A stretch of DNA of 32,000 nucleotides, from NCBI GenBank assembly GCA_047651235.1, contig CP178758.1, positions 210,001 through 242,000 of the forward strand, read 5' to 3'. Source of the DNA: Candidatus Electrothrix yaqonensis (lineage in GTDB: Bacteria > Desulfobacterota > Desulfobulbia > Desulfobulbales > Desulfobulbaceae). Shown piece by piece: positions 6,867 through 15,166 of this stretch (its first letter is position 1; every line of letters begins with the position of its first letter). The notes below the pieces were generated by a model. The model was not told where the DNA came from. It saw only the letters and a list, made by a program, of their open reading frames with translations, and searched no databases. Position numbers and translations under genes: made by a program.

Positions 6867-9551
6867 TCAGGCCTTCCGGGACTCATCCAGTACCTCCCTG
6901 ACTATCTCGGCAAGTTTTTTGGCATTCAGCGGCTTGACCGCATACCTTCTGATGCCGAGCTGCAGGGCCTCCTCCTCTGAAAGAGCTGCTGTATAACCGG
7001 TACAGAGAATCACAGGCAGATCCGGCCGCTGTTCCAGGATAACCCGTGCCAGTTCGCTGCCGGTCATGCCGGGCATGGTATGATCGGTAATCAGCAGATC
7101 AAAGGAATCCGGGGCTTCCTGAAACAGCTGCAGAGCCCTGTCACTCCTGGTCTCCGCTGTCACCCGATAGCCGAGGTTGCTCAGAACTGATCTGCTGATA
7201 TGGGTGATGGGCGCCTCATCGTCCACAAAAAGAATCCGTTCATGCCCCGCAGGTAATGGGGTTTCAGGTTCCTCTGCATCATGTTTATCTCCTTCCTCCA
7301 CCGAGGGCAGATAAACATGGAAGGCTGTCCCCTCTCCCGGAGTACTTTCGACTTCAATAAACCCGTTGCAGTCCTCAACCACACCGTGAATGACAGCCAG
7401 TCCGAGACCGGTCCCGGCACCCTGCTCCTTGGTTGTGAAATACGGATCAAAAATCCGGGTCATGGTGACTTCATCCATGCCGTGTCCGCTGTCCCGCACG
7501 CTCAGTCGGACAAAAGATCCCGATTTCCCCGGTTCCGTATCCGGCTTGTCAGCCATTTGCCTAGCGCTCAGTTCCACCTGCTCCAGCGTGATGTGCAGCA
7601 CGCCCTGCGCATTCCCGATGGCATGGTAACCGTTGGTGCAGAGATTGATCACAATCTGATGAATATTGGTCGGATCCGCCAGCACCAAGCCGCTCTCCGG
7701 ATCAATATTTTCCCGGATAGCAATGGTGGTCGGCAGCGAGGAGCGCATCATTTTGACCGCTTCTTTGACCAGCAGATGCACCTGGATTTTCTTTTTCTGA
7801 TGTTTGTTCTTGCGGCTGAAGGTAAGGATCTGTTTCACCAGATCTGTTGCCCGGTTCCCGGCAATGATGATCTGATCCAGATCATTTTTTATATGGTTGT
7901 CCTCAGGCAGCTCCATCCTGGCCAGTTCCGTATACCCTAGGATTGCCGCAAGTATATTGTTGAAATCATGAGCAATACCTCCAGCAAGCGTACCGATGGC
8001 TTCCATTTTCCGAGCCTGGAAGAGTTCTTCCTCCAGCTTCTTTTTATCCGTGATATCATGGGCAATATAGACGAAGTACTGAAACTGGTCTGCCTTATTC
8101 AGAACAGGGGCGGAGCAGATATGAAAAAATTTTTCCACCGGTTTATGCTCAATGGTGCTGCAGTGCTTCTGCATATCATCCAGGGAACGCACTCCCGGAC
8201 AACCGGGGCAGGGTTCTCCGGCTCCGCGGAACAGTTGGTGGCAGGTGGAACCCAGCAGCTCATCGGGTGACATCTGAAAAAAATCAAATGCCGCCTGATT
8301 GGCCCGGATAATCCGCATCCGGCTGTCCTGCAGGGTAATGATGTCCGGTATGGCGTTAAAGGTATTTTCCCATTCCTCTGTCCTGCGCATCAGCTGTTCC
8401 TGGGCCAGTTTACCGGCTGTCACGTCCTCATACACCGCGACGATTTCTCCGGTCGGTACTTTGTAGACATAGTACTCCAGCCACTGCATCTCCTCCTGTT
8501 CTTCCTTGCCTTGGGCACGCTGCACTATCGCCTCTGCAACGGAAAAACTTTCAGGATGCTCTGTCTGCATGATGCGCCGGAGAATTTCCGGCAGACCGGA
8601 ACTGCTCATATTCGGAAATACCTCGGCGATATCTCTGCCCGCAACATCCTCCTCCATGCCGAGTCGGGCAATCCTCCTGCCGGCAGGATTGACGCTTTTC
8701 ACGACAAAATGCCCCTGCTGCTCCTCGTACACGGCAATGCCGCTGGATATATTGTCAACAATACCCAGCAGGTACTGTTCCTGCACAGAAAGCTCCTGTT
8801 CTGCGGCGGCACGTCGGACAAGCTGTCTGCTGGTCTGGATATAAAAGACCACCAGCCCGGCTATACCGATCAGGTAGATCAGCATATGATACAGGATGCT
8901 TGTTTTAAACTGGGCCTGAAACATATCCACGATCTCCTGAATCGGAACAGTGATGCTGATGCCACCGCGGATATCACCGACCTTGTAGCCCTGTTCAATA
9001 TGACATTTCAGGCAGGATGCTCTGGTGATTGTCGGCACCATGACCCGTATAAATGTTTCCCTGTCTTTTCTGATCAGTTCGGCAACATCCTTTTCTCCCT
9101 GTTCAAAGCGGTGCAGGGCCTTTTCTTCCCATTCATCAGGGGTATTTTCAGGCCGGACCACATTCAGACTGGTCACCCGTCCACTGATACCGTATAATTC
9201 CTGTTCAAGCTGATAGATCTGCCGGGTCATATGGGCCGGGTTGACCAAGGTCAATTTTTCTCCTGTCCGGGTCACAACATCCCGGTCAGCAAGATGACTC
9301 AGGTACGGGTTGGGTGGATTTTTTTCGCTGACCGGAACATAAACCCCGCCGTTCTGCGCATTCCAGATCTCATACGTATAATCTTTATGGATGGCAGTAA
9401 GGCCTATTTTTCTCCCGATAAACAGAACACTTTGCCATTCATGCCGGACAAAAAGACAGAGAGAGCCGTTGATCAGGAACGACCAGAAGATAAGAGCAGT
9501 CAGGCACCAGCTGCGCAGCTGTTTCAGATCAACGCTTGTTCTTTTCTGCAT
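6867..9551 (-). CDS. Membrane hybrid sensor histidine kinase: DUF3365-like periplasmic domain with CxxCH, 2x PAS, HisKA/HATPase, C-terminal receiver
   Basis: Two TM segments ('CLTALIFWSFLINGSLCLF', 'ILYHMLIYLIGIAGLVVFYI') flank a ~175-aa domain ending in 'CLKCH' (nt 9000-9014). H-box 'GIAHDFNNILAAILGYTEL', 'DSGHGM', 'GTGLGLAV'. REC: 'ILFVDDE', 'LLITDHTMPGMTG', 'ILCTGY', 'VKPL'. Confidence 0.85.
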   Translation of the reverse strand: MQKRTSVDLKQLRSWCLTALIFWSFLINGSLCLFVRHEWQSVLFIGRKIGLTAIHKDYTYEIWNAQNGGVYVPVSEKNPPNPYLSHLADRDVVTRTGEKLTLVNPAHMTRQIYQLEQELYGISGRVTSLNVVRPENTPDEWEEKALHRFEQGEKDVAELIRKDRETFIRVMVPTITRASCLKCHIEQGYKVGDIRGGISITVPIQEIVDMFQAQFKTSILYHMLIYLIGIAGLVVFYIQTSRQLVRRAAAEQELSVQEQYLLGIVDNISSGIAVYEEQQGHFVVKSVNPAGRRIARLGMEEDVAGRDIAEVFPNMSSSGLPEILRRIMQTEHPESFSVAEAIVQRAQGKEEQEEMQWLEYYVYKVPTGEIVAVYEDVTAGKLAQEQLMRRTEEWENTFNAIPDIITLQDSRMRIIRANQAAFDFFQMSPDELLGSTCHQLFRGAGEPCPGCPGVRSLDDMQKHCSTIEHKPVEKFFHICSAPVLNKADQFQYFVYIAHDITDKKKLEEELFQARKMEAIGTLAGGIAHDFNNILAAILGYTELARMELPEDNHIKNDLDQIIIAGNRATDLVKQILTFSRKNKHQKKKIQVHLLVKEAVKMMRSSLPTTIAIRENIDPESGLVLADPTNIHQIVINLCTNGYHAIGNAQGVLHITLEQVELSARQMADKPDTEPGKSGSFVRLSVRDSGHGMDEVTMTRIFDPYFTTKEQGAGTGLGLAVIHGVVEDCNGFIEVESTPGEGTAFHVYLPSVEEGDKHDAEEPETPLPAGHERILFVDDEAPITHISRSVLSNLGYRVTAETRSDRALQLFQEAPDSFDLLITDHTMPGMTGSELARVILEQRPDLPVILCTGYTAALSEEEALQLGIRRYAVKPLNAKKLAEIVREVLDESRKA

Positions 9552-9698
9552 ACCGGGTATTTTGTGTTTTTGCCGGAGGGAAGCAATCGGCAGAAGCGGG
9601 AAAAGGGTCTTCCCCTGCAGGCCGGACAGCAGAAGGAATCCCCTTCTGTATCATAGTATGAAAAAAGAATAATCCGATACCCCGTCTTCCTGCCTAAT

Positions 9699-9724
9699 TC
9701 CATAGTTCCATAGTAATCCATAGT
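9699..9724. repeat. Three direct copies of TCCATAGT in a divergent promoter region
   Basis: TCCATAGT occurs at 9699-9706, 9707-9714 and 9717-9724. The last copy runs into the palindrome CCATAGTATGG. The site lies between the kinase start (9551, -) and the M48 protease start (9816, +). Confidence 0.6.
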
Positions 9725-9815
9725 ATGGAGAAAGAAAAGGAAAGTCAGACAGGAACGCCGGAGGTTCCGGTCATGCATTATGCAGAGGTTCTGACTAAAG
9801 CGAAAGAAAGAAATT

Positions 9816-11069
9816 ATGAATCCGTATCTTGTTTTTGTCCTCGCCGTACTGCTTGTCGGCTATTTCCTTGATCTGCTGTGTTCCTTCCTGGAGATCCGTT
9901 CTCTGCATCCCGAACTGCCCGGAGAGTTCAGCGATATCTATGATGATGAAAAATACCGCAAATCCCAGCAGTACACCAGAGTAACCACCCGTTTTTCTCT
10001 GCTCCAGGATACCGTTACCCTGCTGCTTACCCTTGTTTTTATTCTGGTCGGCGGGTTTAATTATATCGATCTGCTGGCGCGTAGCGCCGGGGTGGGATCC
10101 ATCAGCACCGGTCTGCTATTCACCGGCCTGCTGCTCCTGATTTCCTCGGCTGTCAGCCTGCCTTTTTCCGTCTACTCCACCTTTGTTATTGAACAGCGGT
10201 TCGGCTTCAATACAACCACGCCCAAGACCTTTGGTCTTGATCTCCTGAAGGCTGTTCTGCTGACCGTTGTCATCGGCGGCCCGCTGCTCGCCGGGGTGCT
10301 CTGGTTCTTTGAAGCGACCGGCAGCATGGCCTGGCTCTGGTGCTGGCTGGCTGTGACCCTGTTCACCTTGATTCTCCAGTTTCTTGCCCCGGTGCTGATT
10401 ATGCCGCTGTTCAACAAGTTTACGCCCCTGGAGGACGGAGAACTCAAACAGGCGATTACCGAGTATGCCGGGGAACAGAACTTTGCCATTCAGGGCATCT
10501 ATACCATGGACGGCTCAAAACGTTCCACCCGGCTGAATGCCTTTTTCACCGGCTTCGGCCGTTTCCGGCGGATTGTCTTTTTCGACACCCTGATCAGCAA
10601 ACTGCTTCCACAGGAAATCGTTGCTGTCCAGGCCCATGAAATGGGACATTTCAAGAAGAAGCATATCCTCAAAATGATGGCCCTCTCGATTGTCCAGACC
10701 GGGATCATCTTTTATATTCTGTCCCTGTTTCTCGGCAACCGCCAGCTCTTTGCCGCCTTCGGCATGGAACATATCTCGGTCTATGCAGGGCTGATTTTCT
10801 TCGGCTTTCTCTATGCGCCGATTTCTATGCTGCTGTCCATTCTGTTCAATATTTATTCACGAAAAAATGAGTACGAGGCTGATGCCTGGGCGGTCGCCAC
10901 CACAGCAGACCGGGGCCAGAGTCTGATCAGCGGCCTGAAAAAGCTCAGCGTACATAACCTGTCCAACCTGACCCCGCATCCCTTTAATGTTTTTCTCCAT
11001 TATTCCCATCCGCCTGTGCTGCAGCGAATCAGGGCAGTCCGCCGGATGATGGAAGACGGGTACTCCTGA
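9816..11069 (+). CDS. M48-family zinc metalloprotease, Ste24/CAAX-prenyl-protease-like integral membrane protein
   Basis: Multiple TM helices and the HExxH motif 'AHEMGHFKKKH'. The downstream 'NEYEADAW' and C-terminal 'HPPVLQRI' are typical of Ste24-type M48A peptidases. Confidence 0.85.
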   Translation: MNPYLVFVLAVLLVGYFLDLLCSFLEIRSLHPELPGEFSDIYDDEKYRKSQQYTRVTTRFSLLQDTVTLLLTLVFILVGGFNYIDLLARSAGVGSISTGLLFTGLLLLISSAVSLPFSVYSTFVIEQRFGFNTTTPKTFGLDLLKAVLLTVVIGGPLLAGVLWFFEATGSMAWLWCWLAVTLFTLILQFLAPVLIMPLFNKFTPLEDGELKQAITEYAGEQNFAIQGIYTMDGSKRSTRLNAFFTGFGRFRRIVFFDTLISKLLPQEIVAVQAHEMGHFKKKHILKMMALSIVQTGIIFYILSLFLGNRQLFAAFGMEHISVYAGLIFFGFLYAPISMLLSILFNIYSRKNEYEADAWAVATTADRGQSLISGLKKLSVHNLSNLTPHPFNVFLHYSHPPVLQRIRAVRRMMEDGYS

Positions 11070-11096
11070 TCATCCTGCGGTCATCCTGCTCATACA

Positions 11097-11126
11097 TTGA
11101 CAGCGGAACGAAACAACTGATATACT
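11097..11126 (+). promoter_or_regulatory. Candidate sigma70-type promoter for ppk2
   Basis: TTGACA (11097-11102), 18-nt spacer, TATACT (11121-11126). It lies about 125 nt upstream of the ATG at 11254. Confidence 0.4.
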
Positions 11127-11253
11127 CATTTCTATATTTTCTATGAAGCCCCGTCGAAAAATGCAACAAGTGTCCCGGTGCTTCCGATTCCATTGCCGCT
11201 GCTGATTATTTCTCCGGAATCTGACGAAGTGAACTTCAACCCAGAATTGAATA

Positions 11254-12315
11254 ATGACTGAACCGAGAACAGATGAACAGGATATCCAACAAGACGGAGA
11301 GGATACGGGCGCAGAAAAGAAGATAAATGCAGAAGTAGAAGAGACTGCTCCCGACAATGACGGACAACCACCGAAAAAAAAGGGCGGGAAGAAAAATACA
11401 AAAAAATCCGACCCGGTTAATCCGAAAACAATCCTCGTTGACGGCCAGGAAATCAACCTGAAGAAGTTCATCAAGGAATATAAAGAACTTGCTGATGGCG
11501 CCCCCAAATTCAACAAGTTTCAGAGAAAGGCAATCCGGCGCTATTACCGGGAAGAAGCGCTGAAGCCCTATCAGGCCGAACTGATCAGGATGCAGAAGTA
11601 TCTCGAACTCAATAAAAGACGGATGATTATTCTGTTTGAGGGGAGAGACGCGGCAGGCAAAGGCGGCACCATCCGCCGGGTGACCCGGTATATGAACGAA
11701 AAGCATTACCGGATCGTCGCCCTCGGCAAACCGACAGACCATCAGAAAACAGAGTGGTTTTTTCAAAAATACGTTGCCGAATTTCCCTACGGCGGAGAAG
11801 TGGTGCTGTTTGACCGCAGCTGGTACAACCGGGCAGTTGTGGAGCCGGTTTTCGGCTTCTGCACCAATGAGGAATATAATGATTTCATGCGCGGGGTCAC
11901 CGGTTTTGAAAAGGATCTGGTGCGGCAGGGCACTGTTCTGGTAAAACTTTATTTTTCCGTCACCAAAGAGGAGCAGGCAAGACGCTTCAACCGCCGCAAG
12001 ACCGACCCGCTGCGCCAGTGGAAATTATCCGAGATTGATGTGCAGGCCCAGGACCGGTGGGACGATTTTACCCGGCAGAAGTACGAAATGCTGAAACGCA
12101 CCCATACTAATGTGGCGCCGTGGACGATCATCCGGTCCAATAATAAACACAACGCCCGCCTGAACGCCATGAAGGTGATTCTTAATTCAGTGCCCTATGA
12201 TAAGGGCAACAAAAATCTTGATCTTGTGCCGGATCCGGATGTGGTGATCTCCGGAGCCAGGGAAAAAGAGCTGATGGATGCCCAGTTGCTGAAACTTGGC
12301 CGTTTTATCGGCTGA
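11254..12315 (+). CDS. ppk2: Polyphosphate kinase 2 (PPK2) with a ~85-aa charged N-terminal extension
   Basis: 'ILFEGRDAAGKGGTIRRV' (Walker A of PPK2), 'FDRSWYNRAVVEPVFGF' and 'RQWKLSEIDVQAQDRWDDFT' are hallmark PPK2 blocks. Confidence 0.9.
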   Translation: MTEPRTDEQDIQQDGEDTGAEKKINAEVEETAPDNDGQPPKKKGGKKNTKKSDPVNPKTILVDGQEINLKKFIKEYKELADGAPKFNKFQRKAIRRYYREEALKPYQAELIRMQKYLELNKRRMIILFEGRDAAGKGGTIRRVTRYMNEKHYRIVALGKPTDHQKTEWFFQKYVAEFPYGGEVVLFDRSWYNRAVVEPVFGFCTNEEYNDFMRGVTGFEKDLVRQGTVLVKLYFSVTKEEQARRFNRRKTDPLRQWKLSEIDVQAQDRWDDFTRQKYEMLKRTHTNVAPWTIIRSNNKHNARLNAMKVILNSVPYDKGNKNLDLVPDPDVVISGAREKELMDAQLLKLGRFIG

Positions 12316-12378
12316 TCCTCGGCAGACCTTCACACGGTACGGAGAATGGCAGAGCCGGTTCAGAAACAGGGTGCTTCT

Positions 12379-13125
12379 TTACTGCTGCTGACTCTTCAGG
12401 GCAACAAAGGAGGCAAAGTTGATCCAGCGGAAAAACAGCTCGACCTCGCTGAAGCCGCAGCCGGTCAGCAGTTCCATATTTTCCTGCACAGTAAAGGGAA
12501 TCAGGACATTTTCCAGGGCTTCGCGTTTGGCGGCGATCTCCAGTTCGGTATAGCCCTGCTCCCGTTTGAAGATATGATACAGGCTGATGAATTTTCTGTT
12601 CAGGCGGCTGTGACTGCTGATGATTTTTTCACTGAGAAAGAGCGCACCGCCCGGAGACAGTGCAGAATGGAGCTGCCGGGTAAATTCCTGTCTGCGTATG
12701 GGACGGATGAACTGCATGGTATAATTGCAGAGAAGAATATCAGCTCCTCCGATATCGGCACAGAGGGCAGGGGCGGTAATATCCCGCCGCCTGAATTCAA
12801 TCACTGCCCCTTTGCCGAACATCTCCGCCTTGCGCCGGGCTTTATCCAGCATGGCCGGGGCATTGTCAAGGCCGATAAAGCGGAGGTCCATATCGGCCAG
12901 CAGGCGGGAAAGCTCCAGCAGGGTCGAGCCGGTGGCGCAGCCGAGATCCACGACTCTGCTTCCCGGTTCTGCCAGCTCCCGGATCATGGCAGCCGTGGTG
13001 CTGATTACTGCCCGGTAATAGGGAACAGAGCGGTCAAGCATATCGTCAAAAACTTCCGCCACCCTGTCGTTAAAGGAAAAATCCTCTGTTACTTCACCGG
13101 TGCTGTATAGCCTGTCGCTGTTCAT
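12379..13125 (-). CDS. cmoA: Carboxy-S-adenosyl-L-methionine synthase (tRNA cmo5U pathway)
   Basis: Collinear by eye with E. coli CmoA: 'FNDRVAEVFDDMLDRSVPYY', 'VVDLGCATG', 'GLDNAPAML', 'GGALFLSEK', 'GYTELEIAAKREALENVL', 'NFASFVALK'. Confidence 0.85.
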   Translation of the reverse strand: MNSDRLYSTGEVTEDFSFNDRVAEVFDDMLDRSVPYYRAVISTTAAMIRELAEPGSRVVDLGCATGSTLLELSRLLADMDLRFIGLDNAPAMLDKARRKAEMFGKGAVIEFRRRDITAPALCADIGGADILLCNYTMQFIRPIRRQEFTRQLHSALSPGGALFLSEKIISSHSRLNRKFISLYHIFKREQGYTELEIAAKREALENVLIPFTVQENMELLTGCGFSEVELFFRWINFASFVALKSQQQ

Positions 13126-13300
13126 TCCTGCTTCCCCGCAAGTTTCAGAAAACGGTTGAATTTGGCCTGTAAAATATCTTGCTATCTTGTCGGTCCGAAA
13201 GTATACAATGCATTACTGTCTGTCATCAATATTGTCTGCTGCGGAACCGGAAATCTGGAGCTGATCTGCCATCCCCTGTTATCCTCCATAAGAAAGTAAT

Positions 13301-14113
13301 ATGACATTTGTAAATAGCAATAGAGAACACTTTATTGACCAAAGGTTTGATAAGGACGTGTCAGATATTGAATATAGCAACAAGCTGTTTTTAAGGATAG
13401 TTGCAAAGGATAAAAGATTTGAAAAAGTCGTTTTCAAACATTCAATTTTTGACACTACATATTTCAGAAATTGCGTTTTTGACTCTTGTGATTTTACAGG
13501 TTGCAGATTTGTAGGTGTTAATTTGTACGGGGCCAAGTTTACAGGATGTAAATTTGACTATGCCACTTTTGAAAGGACAATAATAGCAAGTGACGTATTA
13601 GATAATTGTTGTCCGGGTTGGGATAACCTTAAGCTGAAGTTCGCCAGAACATTGAGAGTTAACTTTCAGCAACTTGGAGATTCAAAATCAGCAAATAAAG
13701 CCATTAAAGTTGAACTTAACGCAACAGAAATTCATTTGAAAAAATCTTGGCGGTCAAATGAATCTTATTACAGGAAAAAGTACCGTGGTTGGAAGCGCAT
13801 AGGAAAATTTTTAGAGTGGTTGAACTTTAAAATTTTGGATTTTATTTGGGGAAATGGTGAAAACACATACAAGTTGACAAGAACTGTAATTTTGCTGCTT
13901 ATCGTCATGGCCTTATTTGATGTTTTAAGTTTTCAAGATCCAACAAGAATTAAAAGCTATAGCGATGCCATCCTTAAAATGCCTGAAATTTTTCTGGGGA
14001 TAACTTCCCCGAAAAAATATCCAAATTGGTATATTGCGATTATTTTTTTTACGAGATTGGTTGCTATGGGATTTTTTATGTCAATTATTATAAAAAGATT
14101 CAACAGGAGGTAA
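13301..14113 (+). CDS. Pentapeptide-repeat protein with C-terminal two-TM, channel-like membrane module (cassette gene A)
   Basis: Pentapeptide-type repeats 'FEKVVFKHSIFDTTYFRNCVFDSCDFTGCRFVGVNLYGAKFTGCKFDYATFERT'. The C-terminus carries 'WGNGENTYKLTRTVILLLIVMALFDVL' (TM1) and 'NWYIAIIFFTRLVAMGFFMSIIIKRF' (TM2). AT-rich codon usage, unlike the neighbouring genes. Confidence 0.7.
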   Translation: MTFVNSNREHFIDQRFDKDVSDIEYSNKLFLRIVAKDKRFEKVVFKHSIFDTTYFRNCVFDSCDFTGCRFVGVNLYGAKFTGCKFDYATFERTIIASDVLDNCCPGWDNLKLKFARTLRVNFQQLGDSKSANKAIKVELNATEIHLKKSWRSNESYYRKKYRGWKRIGKFLEWLNFKILDFIWGNGENTYKLTRTVILLLIVMALFDVLSFQDPTRIKSYSDAILKMPEIFLGITSPKKYPNWYIAIIFFTRLVAMGFFMSIIIKRFNRR

Positions 14114-14115
14114 AT

Positions 14116-14742
14116 TTGCATATTTATGCCTTTGGATCTGTTTGTAGAGGAGAAATCGATAACCGGTCTGATATCGATTTGCTCGCGGTTGTTGAAGGTG
14201 CAGCTAATAGATTTGATTCGTCAATTTATTCGATTTATTCTTATAAACGGCTCGCAGAATTGTGGAAGGAAGGAAATCCATTTGCTTGGCACCTTTCATC
14301 CGAAGCAAAGATTATTTTTTCTTCAAACGGCAAGGATCCTCTAAAAAAACTTGGATTTCCAGGACCTTACAAGGAATACAAAGAAGATTGCTGGAAATTC
14401 TATAATCTTTATTGCAAATCAATTGAATCAATTTCTAACGGGAGTAACAGTTTAATTTTCGAACTATCGACCATCTTTTTGTCAATAAGAAATTTTGCAA
14501 CCTGTTTCCTTCTGGGAAAAAAAATAAAGAAATTTTCAAGACGATCAGCATTACAGATGGGTGAACAATCTATTAAAATTCATCCTGACACATTTGAACT
14601 GCTGGAACGAGCAAGAATACTAAGTATTCGAGGTGTCGGAACCAGTATAAATCAAGATGAAATCAAATATTCTTTGGAGGATATTTATTCCATAAAAAAA
14701 TGGATGGCTGATTTACTTCTGGAGGTGGAATACAATGGATGA
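14116..14742 (+). CDS. Minimal (pol-beta-fold) nucleotidyltransferase with helical C-terminal domain (cassette gene B)
   Basis: TTG start at 14116, 5 nt after AGGAGG (14105-14110) and 2 nt after the gene A stop (TAA at 14111-14113). NTase signature 'IYAFGSVCRGEIDNRSDIDLLAVV' (G-S...D-x-D). The remaining ~150 aa are predicted helical. The ORF-track start at 14026 lies inside gene A and is rejected. Confidence 0.65.
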   Translation: MHIYAFGSVCRGEIDNRSDIDLLAVVEGAANRFDSSIYSIYSYKRLAELWKEGNPFAWHLSSEAKIIFSSNGKDPLKKLGFPGPYKEYKEDCWKFYNLYCKSIESISNGSNSLIFELSTIFLSIRNFATCFLLGKKIKKFSRRSALQMGEQSIKIHPDTFELLERARILSIRGVGTSINQDEIKYSLEDIYSIKKWMADLLLEVEYNG

Positions 14743-15025
14743 ATTTAATAATAGAATGGATGCACAGAGGGATATTCTCGAAGTCGTAAATCGACAAGCA
14801 GGATACTCAGAAGAACTATGTGGTCTATCAAAAAAAGCCATAGAGAGATGGATCTCATCAAATCAATTGAATCCAAAATCTGAAACTTGTGATATCTTGT
14901 TCCAAATAGCAAAGAAGTTATTTTTCTTAGCTAACAAGAGCCAAGAACAGATTACGGAAGAATATAAGGCACTGTCGTCCGAGATTTTTTTCCTTAAAAT
15001 TAATCTCGAAAAATCGATAGGATAA
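14735..15025 (+). CDS. Small (96 aa) helical protein with possible helix-turn-helix segment (cassette gene C)
   Basis: ATG at 14735 overlaps the gene B stop (ATGGATGA at 14735-14742), with GGAGGTG 7 nt upstream. 'YSEELCGLSKKAIERWISSNQLNP' resembles an XRE-type HTH by eye. Confidence 0.5.
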   Translation: MDEFNNRMDAQRDILEVVNRQAGYSEELCGLSKKAIERWISSNQLNPKSETCDILFQIAKKLFFLANKSQEQITEEYKALSSEIFFLKINLEKSIG

Positions 15026-15138
15026 CCTGCCATATCTGTTGGGCGGACAAGGGTAATCAGATCAGTTTTCTGACAATATTTCAGTAAATTCAGTGTCAGT
15101 GACTTTAGCAAAGGCTTTTTACCCTACCGCTGCTGAAC

Positions 15139-15166
15139 TTAACGTTAACATAGTTCCATATATAAA
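15139..15166 (+). promoter_or_regulatory. Candidate promoter with overlapping perfect palindrome upstream of the biotinyl-domain/birA genes
   Basis: TTAACG (15139-15144), 16-nt spacer, TATAAA (15161-15166). The 10-bp perfect palindrome TTAACGTTAA (15139-15148) covers the -35 element. The start codon is at 15187. Confidence 0.3.

Noticed and set aside
6820-6873. 10-bp inverted repeat GGCCTGAGCA/TGCTCAGGCC between the convergent kinase genes, as a terminator
   Set aside because: The loop is 34 nt, and the right arm overlaps the stop codon of the minus-strand gene. There is no U-tract. It is too weak to annotate.
12346-13110. 254-aa plus-strand ORF opposite cmoA
   Set aside because: The minus frame is collinear with E. 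coli CmoA. The plus-frame product has no recognisable features.
13179-13209. Promoter for the AT-rich cassette (TTGCTA-N17-TATACA)
   Set aside because: Both hexamers match the consensus only partially. It is mentioned in the cassette finding but not listed as a feature.
14026-14115. ORF-track 5' extension of the nucleotidyltransferase gene (start at 14026)
   Set aside because: The extension lies entirely within gene A's TM2-coding region. A TTG at 14116 with a perfect AGGAGG 5 nt upstream, directly after gene A's stop, is the better start.
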